A program made the translations under genes and the position numbers. From Nitrospirota bacterium (GTDB lineage Bacteria; Nitrospirota; UBA9217): a stretch of 64,000 nucleotides of DNA. The stretch is taken from assembly GCA_963663225.1 (NCBI GenBank), contig OY760142.1, forward strand, positions 2,752,001 to 2,816,000, given 5' to 3'. Within the stretch, counting starts at the first letter, position 1. Every line of letters begins with the position of its first letter. The notes beneath the pieces were generated by a model that saw nothing but the letters and a program-made list of their open reading frames with translations, did no database searches and was not told the DNA's origin. This document shows positions 1-9,662 of the stretch, one piece after another.

Positions 1-430
1 GGCGATCATCGGGAGACTGAAGAAGGCCGGTGTGGAAATCAGGGGATGCTCTGAGACACGGAAAATTGTCGCCGGTATCAGGGATGCAGCTGACCAGGAC
101 TGGGACACGGAATACAACGACCTCATCCTGAATGTAAAAACGGTCGGGAGCATTGAGGCTGCCATGGAGCACATAGCGGCACATGGCTCACAGCACTCCG
201 AGGCAATCGTGACAAACGACTATCAGAACGCATTGCGGTTCCAGCGGGAAGTTGACGCATCCGCGGTTTTTGTGAATGCTTCGACCCGTTTGAACGACGG
301 GTTTGAGTTCGGATTGGGCGCGGAAATTGGCATTTCCACGACCAGAATCCATGCGCGCGGTCCCATGGGGCTGGAAGAGTTGACTTCGACCAAGTTCATC
401 GTGTTCGGTGACGGACAGATCAGACGATAA
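1..430 (+). CDS. proA: Gamma-glutamyl phosphate reductase, 3' part (truncated by window edge)
   Basis: [46 protein letters not shown] motifs; frame open to window start. Confidence 0.95.
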   Translation, partial: AIIGRLKKAGVEIRGCSETRKIVAGIRDAADQDWDTEYNDLILNVKTVGSIEAAMEHIAAHGSQHSEAIVTNDYQNALRFQREVDASAVFVNASTRLNDGFEFGLGAEIGISTTRIHARGPMGLEELTSTKFIVFGDGQIRR

Positions 431-445
431 AAAACCGGAGGCGTC

Positions 446-1105
446 TTGACTCGGAAAATCGGCATTCTCGGAGGGACGTTCAACCCGGTGCACAACGGCC
501 ACCTTGCGATTGCAGAAGAGGTACGGGACCGGTTGCAGTTGGACCGGGTTTTCTTTATTCCCTCGTATATGCCTCCTCATAAACAGGAAGAAGAAATTCC
601 GTCTGCTTTGCAGCGCCTTGAGATGATCCGTCTCGCGATCTCAGGAAAGCCTTTCTTCGAAACAAGTGATATTGAGATCGAGCGCAAAGGAAAGTCGTAT
701 ACCATTGATACTATTCTTGAACTGCGTGAACTGCATCCTGCTGTGGAATTGTATTTCATCATCGGCCTCGATGCCTTTCTTGAAATTCAATCATGGCACC
801 GCTGGCAGGAACTGCTTGCCCTGTGCCGTTTTGCTGTGATACCGAGGCAGGGATATCATTTTCTTGATTTGAGCAGACTGGATTTTCTGAAAAAAGATCG
901 GCTTGTTTTGTCGGAACTGGACACCGGCGCCCGTTCGCAGGCGATTATTCAGGGTGCAGCCTGTACCGTGCATCTGGTGGATATTCCTTTATATGAGGTG
1001 TCGTCAACGGAGATTCGCAGAAGAGTAAGACAGGGGGCCAGTATTAAATATCTCTTGCCTGAACCGGTTGAAAACTATATAATTAAAAATAAAATCTATG
1101 CATAA
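446..1105 (+). CDS. nadD: Nicotinate-nucleotide adenylyltransferase
   Basis: GILGGTFNPVHNGH, PPHK, SYTIDT, VSSTEIR motifs; TTG start after GGAGG; proA-nadD-rsfS synteny. Confidence 0.95.
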   Translation: MTRKIGILGGTFNPVHNGHLAIAEEVRDRLQLDRVFFIPSYMPPHKQEEEIPSALQRLEMIRLAISGKPFFETSDIEIERKGKSYTIDTILELRELHPAVELYFIIGLDAFLEIQSWHRWQELLALCRFAVIPRQGYHFLDLSRLDFLKKDRLVLSELDTGARSQAIIQGAACTVHLVDIPLYEVSSTEIRRRVRQGASIKYLLPEPVENYIIKNKIYA

Positions 1106-1463
1106 TTCATTAGACGCGGCACAGCTCTGTGCAGACGCCGCTGACAGCAAAAAAGCATTTAATATCAAGATTCTCGATCTTCGTGAACTCACCTATATCA
1201 CGGATTTTTTTGTGATCTGTTCAGGAAGCAATTCCACCCAAGTGGGTGCCATTTCGGACGCGATTGCTCAAACCCTTGCAAAGAGCGGATTGCATCCTTC
1301 TCATGTGGAAGGCCTGGCAGAGTCGAGCTGGGTGCTGATGGATTACGGAGATGTAGTGGTGCACATCTTCGAGGAGCAGACCCGCTTGCATTACGGTCTT
1401 GAAAAACTCTGGAGCGACGCTCCCCGCGTAGCGGCTGCGGCGGTGCATACTTCACCTTCATGA
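1098..1463 (+). CDS. rsfS: Ribosome silencing factor
   Basis: KKA.NI.ILD, DFFVICSG, WVLMDYGDVVVHIF, Y.LEKLW motifs. Confidence 0.95.
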   Translation: MHNSLDAAQLCADAADSKKAFNIKILDLRELTYITDFFVICSGSNSTQVGAISDAIAQTLAKSGLHPSHVEGLAESSWVLMDYGDVVVHIFEEQTRLHYGLEKLWSDAPRVAAAAVHTSPS

Positions 1464-1930
1464 AGCTGAGCATTCTCTGCATGGGGAAGACAAAAGAGCG
1501 CTTTGTCCAGGAAGGGATTGCGAAGTATGTGCGGTATATCAGGCCGTACGCTGATATAGAACTCAAAGAACTCCGGGAAGAGAAAATCGGCGAGCTGAGA
1601 GATGCCCCGCTGGTGAGGAAAAAGGAAGCGGAAAGAATTTTTAAAGCAGCGCCGGCTTCGGCTCATCTTGTATCGCTCGATGAGCGGGGAGAGGAGTTTA
1701 CCTCCCACGAATTTGCACGTTTTCTGAACAAACAGCTCGAATCCGGAGTGCGGGAAATGGCTTTCATCGTGGGAGGAGCCATGGGGCTGGATGAGAGCGT
1801 GACCGGACGCTCGAATACGGTAATGGCGATGTCCCGCTGGACGCTGACGCATGAAATGGCAAGGCTGGTGCTTCTGGAGCAGCTTTATCGGGCATTTACT
1901 ATAATAAAAGGGAAACCATATCATTATTAG
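1460..1930 (+). CDS. rlmH: 23S rRNA pseudouridine-1915 N3-methyltransferase
   Basis: LDERG, FIVGGAMG, TLTHEMARLVLLEQLYRA..I.KG.PYH. Confidence 0.95.
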   Translation: MKLSILCMGKTKERFVQEGIAKYVRYIRPYADIELKELREEKIGELRDAPLVRKKEAERIFKAAPASAHLVSLDERGEEFTSHEFARFLNKQLESGVREMAFIVGGAMGLDESVTGRSNTVMAMSRWTLTHEMARLVLLEQLYRAFTIIKGKPYHY

Positions 1931-1989
1931 TTAAGCAGATACCAGTGAGCATTCTTTAAGCTGATGCTCCCGGCAGAAAGGGTAGGCGG

Positions 1990-3285
1990 ATGAGATTCGT
2001 AGTGACTTTCATGGCTGCTGCTGTTGTTATTTTCGTCGTGCTGCTGAAGGAGATTAATCAGGGAACGATTACCGTTTACCTTCTGCCTTCAAAGTCCTAT
2101 GAAGTTTCAAAGACGGTTTTTTTCCTCCTGTCGTTTGCCATCGGTGCGGGCATAATCCTCTTTTTATATCTGCTTCGCGATATCAGGCGGTTTCTGCGCG
2201 GGCTCAAAGTGCAGCGAGAACAGAAAAAACGCCTTAAGATTCAAGAGCTTTACTCGAAGGGCTTAAATGCCCTGCTTGCGAAACGGAATGCTGACGCGGC
2301 CAGGTTTTTTCAAAAAATTCTTACCATCGACCCCAATCATGTAGACACGCTCCTCCGGCTCGGAATCAGCCAGCTCAGACAAAAAAATCTGCAGGAGGCT
2401 ATTGCTACCCATCAGAAAGCGCTGAATCTAGAGCATGACAATCAGGAGGTTATGTTCTCGCTGGCAGCAGATTATGAAGAGTCGAAACGCTATGATGACG
2501 CTCTTATGATGTACAAGAAGATCCTTTCCAAGGATTCCTCCAATCTGACCGCGCTTATGCGAATGAGGGATCTCTACCAGCGTCAGAACAACTGGGCGGA
2601 GCTGTGCGATACACAGACCCAGCTGCTTGCAAGCCCGCTTACTCCGACTGAGCGTGACATCGAGCACCGGAGACTGGTCGGTTTCAAGTATGAATACGGC
2701 CGCTCCCTTCTTGAGTCCGGAGAATTCGATCGGGCCAGAAAAATATTCCGGGGTGTAATTAAACTGGATAAGGACTTTATTCCCGCGTATCTGGGGCTGG
2801 GAGAGGTTTATCTCGAAGAGGGAAAAACCAAGGAAGCAGGGGCCCTGTGGGAGAAAGCCTACAAAATAACATCGTCTCCCTTATTGCTGCATCGTCTTGA
2901 AGATTTCTTTTTGAAACTGGGAGAGCCTGCCAAGGCAATCGAAATTTATACCCGGGCTTTGTCCTGGCGGCCGCAGGACGCTGAGCTCAAGTTCTTTCTC
3001 GGTAAACTCTATTACCGGCTGGAAATGGTTGATGAAGCATTTGATGTTCTGGCATCCGCTGACTGGGGTGACCGGGAATATCCGGACGTGCACAAACTGC
3101 TCGGAAATATCTACCTCCGCCGGGGATCACTGGGTCTTGCTTCATCGGAATTCAAAAAGGCCCTTGGCTTTAAAAAGCAGATCATCGTGCCCTACGTCTG
3201 CTCGAATTGCAATGTTCAATCCCCTCAATGGTCCGGGCGTTGCCAGAACTGCGGGAAATGGAACACGTTCAGTGTCAAACTGTAG
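1990..3285 (+). CDS. lapB: LapB-like TPR protein with N-terminal LapA-like two-TM segment and C-terminal rubredoxin-like zinc site
   Basis: Two N-terminal hydrophobic helices, Y.KGLNALL, multiple TPRs, C-terminal YVCSNC...WSGRCQNCGKWNT. Confidence 0.7.
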   Translation: MRFVVTFMAAAVVIFVVLLKEINQGTITVYLLPSKSYEVSKTVFFLLSFAIGAGIILFLYLLRDIRRFLRGLKVQREQKKRLKIQELYSKGLNALLAKRNADAARFFQKILTIDPNHVDTLLRLGISQLRQKNLQEAIATHQKALNLEHDNQEVMFSLAADYEESKRYDDALMMYKKILSKDSSNLTALMRMRDLYQRQNNWAELCDTQTQLLASPLTPTERDIEHRRLVGFKYEYGRSLLESGEFDRARKIFRGVIKLDKDFIPAYLGLGEVYLEEGKTKEAGALWEKAYKITSSPLLLHRLEDFFLKLGEPAKAIEIYTRALSWRPQDAELKFFLGKLYYRLEMVDEAFDVLASADWGDREYPDVHKLLGNIYLRRGSLGLASSEFKKALGFKKQIIVPYVCSNCNVQSPQWSGRCQNCGKWNTFSVKL

Positions 3286-3420
3286 CAGCAGCATGCCGGC
3301 AGGCGCTGCGTAGCCAACACGCCATTATTTTCGCAGAGTCAAATCCTTCCACTACTACGGTTAACGCTGACAGCTTTCGACCATGAAATTTTTAATGCAG
3401 GCTTCCGCGTATGAGGTCTT

Positions 3421-4959
3421 ATGTCTGACAAACGGGTGGTTCTGATTGTTCTTGACGGATGGGGAATCAACGGAAATAAAGCGGGCAATGCAATCGCATC
3501 CGCTCGTATCCCGGTTTATTCACACCTTATGCAGGACTATCCGCATACTGAACTGCTGGCATCCGGCGAGGCAGTCGGCCTTCCGGACGGTCAAATGGGA
3601 AACTCAGAAGTAGGACACCTGAATCTCGGGGCTGGAAGAATCGTATATCAGGACTCTACGCGCATCAGCAAGGCGATAAAAGACGGGGACTTTTTCCAAA
3701 ACGCGGCATTGCTTTCCGCCATGGACACGGTCAAAAAATCCGGCACGTCGCTTCATATCATGGGGCTGCTGTCCGACGGAGGAGTGCACAGCAGGCTCGA
3801 TCATATTTTCGCCTTGTTTGATCTGGCAAAAGCCAGAAAACTTTCACGTGTTTTTTTTCATGCCTTTCTGGATGGCAGAGATACCCCCCCTGCGAGCGCC
3901 ATCCATTATGTAAAACAACTTGAAAATCATTTTTCTGAAACAGGCATCGGCAAAATCGCAACCGTTTCCGGCAGGTATTATGCGATGGACCGCGACAAGC
4001 GCTGGGAACGTGTTCAGAAGGCCTATGAAGCCATGGTTCTCGGTGTAGGGTCGCGTGCATACGCTGCACTGGAGGCGATTGAGCAGAGCTATGCAGAACA
4101 GCGTACGGATGAATTCATGCTCCCGGCTGTCATGCAAAAGGACGGCACAAATGCCCCGCTTGCCACGATTCAGGACCAGGACGCCGTTATTTTTTGTAAT
4201 TTTCGTTCAGACCGGGCGCGCGAAATTACCCGAACTCTTACGGATAATTCTTTTCAAGGCTTTCAACGGGCATCCGTCCCAAAGCTGTCTTCGTTTGTGT
4301 GCATGACGACGTATGATGAGAGTTTTGATCTTCCGGTGGCGTTTGCTCCGATGCGGCTGACGAACATTCTTGGAGAAGTATTGAGCACCAGCGGAATCAA
4401 ACAACTCCGCATAGCAGAGACCGAAAAGTACGCTCACGTTACTTTCTTCTTTAACGGCGGAGAAGAGCAGCCATATCCGCTGGAGGACCGCGTTCTGATC
4501 CCCTCTCCGCGTGATGTTGCCACCTATGATAAAAAACCCGAAATGAGCGCCTATCTGGTGACCGAGGAACTGGTAAAACGCATCCGATCCCAAGAATACG
4601 GTTTTATCCTGGTAAACTACGCAAATCCTGATATGGTCGGCCATACCGGCATCATGGAAGCCGCTGTCCAGGCTGTTGAAGTGATCGATGAATGTCTCGG
4701 ACGGGTACTGTCCGCTGCAAAGGAGAGCGGAGCGCAGGTGATCCTTACCGCGGACCACGGCAATATAGAAATGGAAGTGGATTATGGTACTGGTCAGCCT
4801 CATACGGCGCATACCACCGATCCAGTGCCGTGTGTTATCATGCGGGAAAATGCAATGCTCAGAAGCAGCGGCATTCTTGCGGATATAGCGCCCACCGTGC
4901 TTGACCTTATGGGAATCGCAAAACCCGCGGAGATGACGGGGAAAAGCCTTATCGCATAA
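3421..4959 (+). CDS. gpmI: 2,3-bisphosphoglycerate-independent phosphoglycerate mutase
   Basis: LDGWG, GQMGNSEVGH, GRYYAMDRDKRW, ETEKYAHVTFFFNGG, TADHGN. Confidence 0.97.
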   Translation: MSDKRVVLIVLDGWGINGNKAGNAIASARIPVYSHLMQDYPHTELLASGEAVGLPDGQMGNSEVGHLNLGAGRIVYQDSTRISKAIKDGDFFQNAALLSAMDTVKKSGTSLHIMGLLSDGGVHSRLDHIFALFDLAKARKLSRVFFHAFLDGRDTPPASAIHYVKQLENHFSETGIGKIATVSGRYYAMDRDKRWERVQKAYEAMVLGVGSRAYAALEAIEQSYAEQRTDEFMLPAVMQKDGTNAPLATIQDQDAVIFCNFRSDRAREITRTLTDNSFQGFQRASVPKLSSFVCMTTYDESFDLPVAFAPMRLTNILGEVLSTSGIKQLRIAETEKYAHVTFFFNGGEEQPYPLEDRVLIPSPRDVATYDKKPEMSAYLVTEELVKRIRSQEYGFILVNYANPDMVGHTGIMEAAVQAVEVIDECLGRVLSAAKESGAQVILTADHGNIEMEVDYGTGQPHTAHTTDPVPCVIMRENAMLRSSGILADIAPTVLDLMGIAKPAEMTGKSLIA

Positions 4960-4985
4960 ACACCGCCTTCTCATTTTCTTACACT

Positions 4986-5708
4986 ATGCATCTAGCCAGA
5001 CATCTTCTCGATTTTATTCTGCCTACTTCCTGCGCATACTGCGGTTCCCGTCTTGGCGAATCTCCCATCCCATTTTTTTGCTCCTCATGCTGGGCCGACT
5101 TTACGCTGCTCCAGGGCCCTGTCTGCTGCTGTTGCGGAAAACCGTTTGAGTCGCCAGAAGCCTTGACCCACAGTCCCGACCACGAGTGCGGCGCATGCAG
5201 GCTGAAGAGGCCTTTTTTCGACCAGTCGCTGTCGGTCGGGTATTTCGAAGGATCGTTGCGTGAAGCCATTCATCAGTTCAAATATCGGCCTTGCAGGGCG
5301 CTGGGGAAACCGTTGGGACAATGGATGCGAAGCAATATCCGCCTGATTTCGGATATCGATTTGTTTATCCCGGTGCCTCTGCATGCCAAACGGCTTAAAA
5401 AAAGGGGGTTTAACCAGTCGCTCCTGCTCGCTTTGCAAATCAGTAAAGAATACAAAATTCCCATTTCCTATGATAATCTTGTACGGACAAAGCCCACCAA
5501 ACCGCAAGTGGATCTGAGCAGTGACGACCGGATAAAAAATGTTGCGGATGCATTCACGGTACAAAATTCCGCGCTGATAAAAGAAAAGAAAATCATTCTT
5601 GTGGATGATGTACTGACAACCGGTGCAACTATGAATGAATGCGCCCGCGTGCTCAAAGATGCGGGTGCAGGACAGGTCACAGCGCTTACCCTTGCTCGGG
5701 CTGTATAA
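4986..5708 (+). CDS. comF: ComF family competence protein (double zinc ribbon + PRTase-like)
   Basis: CxxC pairs, PVPLH..R..RGFNQS, ILVDDVLTTGAT. Confidence 0.9.
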   Translation: MHLARHLLDFILPTSCAYCGSRLGESPIPFFCSSCWADFTLLQGPVCCCCGKPFESPEALTHSPDHECGACRLKRPFFDQSLSVGYFEGSLREAIHQFKYRPCRALGKPLGQWMRSNIRLISDIDLFIPVPLHAKRLKKRGFNQSLLLALQISKEYKIPISYDNLVRTKPTKPQVDLSSDDRIKNVADAFTVQNSALIKEKKIILVDDVLTTGATMNECARVLKDAGAGQVTALTLARAV

Positions 5709-5758
5709 TTGCTCAGACCTGAAAAAAGAAATATGGTATCCCTCCTGACCATGCTTTC

Positions 5759-5787
5759 TTGACAACCTGGGAAGGCTTAGGTATAGT
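5759..5787 (+). promoter_or_regulatory. Sigma70-type promoter
   Basis: TTGACA-17 nt-TATAGT. Confidence 0.7.
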
Positions 5788-5889
5788 TTATCAGCGAGCA
5801 GCAAGGACCCAACCCGTCTTTTTTGATCTTTAGGTTACTTGTCCGAATCGGCAACAGGGTGTTTTTTTTCATAATATGTGAATATTACC

Positions 5890-5919
5890 TTGACGGATAA
5901 ACCTCTCTATTGTTATCAT
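5890..5919 (+). promoter_or_regulatory. Sigma70-type promoter for the envelope operon
   Basis: TTGACG-18 nt-TATCAT with extended -10 TG. Confidence 0.5.
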
Positions 5920-6032
5920 CAATCATAATCACATACACTCAAAATATACATCCATAATTTTTTACAGGGAGGTGAAATCCGGCAATTACCAATGCTATTT
6001 CCGAACGCTTAAACTATTAAAGGAGGCATAAA

Positions 6033-6929
6033 ATGTATATACGGAGATCAATATTCAAAGTAATGCTCTCAGCAGCAATTCTTCTTGTGCTGATTGCAGG
6101 TGTCGCAGCCGCACAGCTGGCCGGTTCGGTCAAAGATGTTATGGAACCGAGCGGCACATCAGGCAAGGTGGACTGGACAACAGGCGTAGTGACCGCGGTT
6201 GGCATTGGAGCGCCTCCTGTACAGTCAGCAAATCCGGCGCAGGCGCGGGCCATGGCGGAACGGGCTGCGCAGGTTGTTGCCTATCGGAATCTGCTCGAAG
6301 CCGTGAAAGGCGTGCGTGTTGATTCAACTACGACTGTGGAAAACTTCATGGTCACAAGCGATGTTATCAAAACGCAGGTCAACGGCATCATCCAAGGGGC
6401 AACGATCATGGACAAGAAATATATGTCCGATGGCTCTGTTGAAGTGACTGTCGGCATGAAGCTTACCGGCGCCCTCGCCGACACGCTGCTTCCAAAGGGG
6501 ACGATCACTCCGCAGGCAGGGGTGGCCGGTATTCCGGTTCCTGGGATTGCGGCGCCGGAACAACCTGCTGCGTCGGCCAAGAACGGCGTTGCATATACCG
6601 GACTGATTGTGGATGCACGCGGTCTTGGAGTGAGACCTGCTATGGCCCCCAAAATATTGAATGAAGAAGGGAAGGAAGTTTACGGCTCAGCTTGGATCAA
6701 CAGAGACTGGGCGGTAAAAGAAGGAATGGTCGGATATTTGAAAGACCCGGCGGCCGCGCAGGCGAATCCCCGCGTGACGGACAAGCCGCTCTTCGTAAAA
6801 GCAGTCAAGGCAGCAGGCGATTCACGGGTCGACATGGTGATAAGCAATGCGGATGCAGCTGCACTTCATGGCGCATCGCAGAATCTGAGCATGCTTGAAA
6901 AGTGCAGGGTTATCGTGCTTGTTGATTAA
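6033..6929 (+). CDS. LPP20/FlgP-like exported protein
   Basis: Signal peptide; VDWTTG...GIGAPP...ARAMAERAAQVVAYRNLLE.VKGVRVD motif; C-terminal YTGLIVDARGL.RPAMAPKI domain; GGAGG SD. Confidence 0.7.
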   Translation: MYIRRSIFKVMLSAAILLVLIAGVAAAQLAGSVKDVMEPSGTSGKVDWTTGVVTAVGIGAPPVQSANPAQARAMAERAAQVVAYRNLLEAVKGVRVDSTTTVENFMVTSDVIKTQVNGIIQGATIMDKKYMSDGSVEVTVGMKLTGALADTLLPKGTITPQAGVAGIPVPGIAAPEQPAASAKNGVAYTGLIVDARGLGVRPAMAPKILNEEGKEVYGSAWINRDWAVKEGMVGYLKDPAAAQANPRVTDKPLFVKAVKAAGDSRVDMVISNADAAALHGASQNLSMLEKCRVIVLVD

Positions 6930-6981
6930 CACGCTTTCAAAATCGAGCTGTTTCGTCAGAACACATGATAGGAGGTACGCA

Positions 6982-8154
6982 ATGCTTATACGACAGATAC
7001 GATGTCTCGTTGCGATGGCAGCGGTGCTGGCTATCGCGGTTTATGGCTGCGGTCCGAAAGCGGCTCCGTCCACGTCGGTCATGGACACGCCGGAGTATCA
7101 TTATAACCAAGGCCTTAAATATCTGGATAAAGACCAGATTGACGAATCACTGAAGGAGTTTGAACGGGCCATTGCCCTTGCCCCCAAAGCCCCGCTCGGA
7201 TATATCGGCAAAGGATTGGCCCTTGGGAAGAAGGGTGATTTTAAACAGGCTTTTGAAAACATGGAAAAAGGCAAAAGCTATGACGGAGGCATAGAGTCCC
7301 ATATCGGGATGATCCGCCTGTCCGGCATGGAGATGGCCAAGGACCAATCAAAGGTCAAGAAGCTCATGAAGCAGGCAGAAAGTGAATTTGATGACGCTCA
7401 GAAAAAGGACCCCAACAGCGCTGCACTGTATTATTATACGGGCATGTGCTATAAGACGGCCCTGGATTTCGATAAAGCAGCGGAAATGTTCAAGAAGGTC
7501 CTTGACATGAACAAGGACTTCACCGGTCAGGCCAATGCTGAATGGGCCGTGATTCAAAAGATTCAGCGTGCTGCACCGGGGACCGAAATCGGCAAGAAGA
7601 TTGCGCTCATCGACAAAATTGACAGGGCGGACGTTGCGGCGCTTTTTGATCAAGAAATGAATCTCGAAAAGCTTTTTACCAAACGTGGCGTTAAGACATA
7701 CGACACGGGCTTCAAGGCTCCTACGGAGTCATCCACACGGTTCTCGCCGGAAACTACGATTAAGATGGCCGCTGCCACGGATATTGCGGACAACTGGCTC
7801 AGACCGAGCATCGAAACCGTGCTTGGGCTGAAAATACGCGGACTTGAGGCGGGCCCCAACCATACGTTTGAACCGAATAAGATCATCACCAGAGGTGAAT
7901 TTGCCGTCATGCTCGAAGATATCCTCATTAAAGTCACCGGTGATGAGAAACTAGCCACAAAATTCATCGGGACATCTTCGCCGTTTCCCGATTTGAGAAA
8001 CGATCATTACGCGTTTAACGCCATCATGGTGGCGACAACGCGCGGTTTCCTGGAAGCGGACAAGGCAACCGGCGAGTACAAGGCAGGAGATCCTGTCTCT
8101 GGCGCCGATGCATTGCTCACCATTCGCGCTTTTAAAGACCAGCTTAAATTTTAA
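6982..8154 (+). CDS. TPR lipoprotein with C-terminal S-layer homology-like repeats
   Basis: Start moved to ATG 6982 after GGAGG; lipobox VYGC; TPRs; F.PN..ITRGEFA and FPD....Y....I...RG motifs. Confidence 0.7.
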   Translation: MLIRQIRCLVAMAAVLAIAVYGCGPKAAPSTSVMDTPEYHYNQGLKYLDKDQIDESLKEFERAIALAPKAPLGYIGKGLALGKKGDFKQAFENMEKGKSYDGGIESHIGMIRLSGMEMAKDQSKVKKLMKQAESEFDDAQKKDPNSAALYYYTGMCYKTALDFDKAAEMFKKVLDMNKDFTGQANAEWAVIQKIQRAAPGTEIGKKIALIDKIDRADVAALFDQEMNLEKLFTKRGVKTYDTGFKAPTESSTRFSPETTIKMAAATDIADNWLRPSIETVLGLKIRGLEAGPNHTFEPNKIITRGEFAVMLEDILIKVTGDEKLATKFIGTSSPFPDLRNDHYAFNAIMVATTRGFLEADKATGEYKAGDPVSGADALLTIRAFKDQLKF

Positions 8155-8168
8155 CAACAGGACGGTAT

Positions 8169-8200
8169 GCCCGCTCTCCGGATAGGGGGCGGGCTTTTTT
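8169..8200 (+). terminator. Intrinsic terminator / intercistronic hairpin
   Basis: GCCCGCTCTCC...GGGGGCGGGC stem followed by T6. Confidence 0.75.
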
Positions 8201-8204
8201 AACG

Positions 8205-9590
8205 ATGATGATCAATTTCCTCCCTGCAATTGTTCTTTCTTTTTTCATGCTGCTATGCGCCGGAAGCGCATCTGCCGGACTTACTGTGCTTGAGGGCGAG
8301 CATACGGTCGTTTATGATATTGTGAACCCGCGCGGTGTCGCATTTATTCCCGATTATTCAAATGAATCTTTCGAACAAAAGGCGGTCACCCTCGATGAAT
8401 TCAGCAAGCGGGTAACGGTGACTTCCAGAATGGGACCCATGAAGACAAGGGTTCCTTTTCCAATTTCCTCGCGCGCGCTTCCCTCATCAATTTCGCAATA
8501 TCTTCTGCCGGAGAGAGACCGAAAGTCAAATGATCCGGCCCTCATGCAACTGGCACGGGATATTACAAGAGAAAAACAATATGCCCACGAAGCTGCAAGT
8601 GCAATTCTTTCCTGGCTGGCCGATAATTTGACTTTCGACACAAGTATAACGGTCCCGAGCGACGCCGTTTCGGCAATGAGGTACAGGAGAGCGTATTGCG
8701 TCGGTTATTCCAATCTTGCGGTCGCCCTGCTTCGCGCAGCCGGTATTCCTGCCCGCGTTGCGCATGGTTATCTGCCCCCGGGGTATGAATGGGGTTTCTC
8801 CAAAGAGTACTGGGGAGTGAAAGTAAACGACGGAGGATTCCATGCATATCTGGAGATATACTATCCTGACACGGGATGGACTTTTTCGGATGCTGAACAT
8901 TCGCTGAACTTTGTGGACCCCTTTCATATAATTCTTCGTCTCGATGGCATCGACATGCCTGGAGTGTATACCGGCGGCTTTCTGGATGTGGATAAAGCAA
9001 CATTTTATACAATCGTCAAGGAAGAAGACCGTACTGTTATGGTGGATGAACTTCCTTTTCCGAAGACAAAACGGCTTGGCCGCAGAATTGATGACCGCCA
9101 GCACGCCGCGCTTGTTACCGGCAAGGTCAGCGGAAAATCAGGCCAGCCGGTTCCGAAAGGGTTCGTCGTCGTCTGGAAAGAGGGCAGAGGAACCCCGTCA
9201 CCGTTTACGGATGGCCGATATGCTGTCGCGCTTTCCGGCATCGGCAAGTACCGGATAGAATTAAAAGGTCCGGGTTTTGCCAAATCTTCTCAGGAAATTT
9301 TCGCAGAAGAAGGAAAAGTATACAGGCGAGATTTTGTTCTTCCTTTGGGAGGAGTAATCAAAGGAAAGGTTTTTAATGCTGCTGGGAAACCTGTTCAGGA
9401 CGGTGATGTGTTTTATAAAGAAGGAACTACCAGCTATGGAGTTCCTATAGAAAAAGACGGTTCCTATCGGATAGAGGGGCTTGTGCCGGGGAGCTACAAA
9501 GTTTCTGCCATGCTGGGAGATAGGGAAACGTCGAGAAGTGCACAGGTTGAAGCGGGAAAAGAGACGGTCCTTGATTTTATGGTAAAATAA
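8205..9590 (+). CDS. Exported transglutaminase-like protein with two carboxypeptidase regulatory-like domains
   Basis: Signal peptide; AYCVGYSNL...LRAAGIPAR...HAYLEIY...W...D triad; C-terminal G.V....G.P...DG.Y.I.GL.PG.Y repeats. Confidence 0.8.
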   Translation: MMINFLPAIVLSFFMLLCAGSASAGLTVLEGEHTVVYDIVNPRGVAFIPDYSNESFEQKAVTLDEFSKRVTVTSRMGPMKTRVPFPISSRALPSSISQYLLPERDRKSNDPALMQLARDITREKQYAHEAASAILSWLADNLTFDTSITVPSDAVSAMRYRRAYCVGYSNLAVALLRAAGIPARVAHGYLPPGYEWGFSKEYWGVKVNDGGFHAYLEIYYPDTGWTFSDAEHSLNFVDPFHIILRLDGIDMPGVYTGGFLDVDKATFYTIVKEEDRTVMVDELPFPKTKRLGRRIDDRQHAALVTGKVSGKSGQPVPKGFVVVWKEGRGTPSPFTDGRYAVALSGIGKYRIELKGPGFAKSSQEIFAEEGKVYRRDFVLPLGGVIKGKVFNAAGKPVQDGDVFYKEGTTSYGVPIEKDGSYRIEGLVPGSYKVSAMLGDRETSRSAQVEAGKETVLDFMVK

Positions 9591-9662
9591 AAATATTTCA
9601 ATGTATTGAAGAAACTAGTCTGTTGTACTGCTATTCTGTATTCAGAACAGGTGAGGTGAAAA

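Noticed and set aside
4207-5804. Long minus-strand ORFs 4207-4974 and 5085-5804
   Set aside because: Antisense shadows of gpmI and comF with no recognisable motifs
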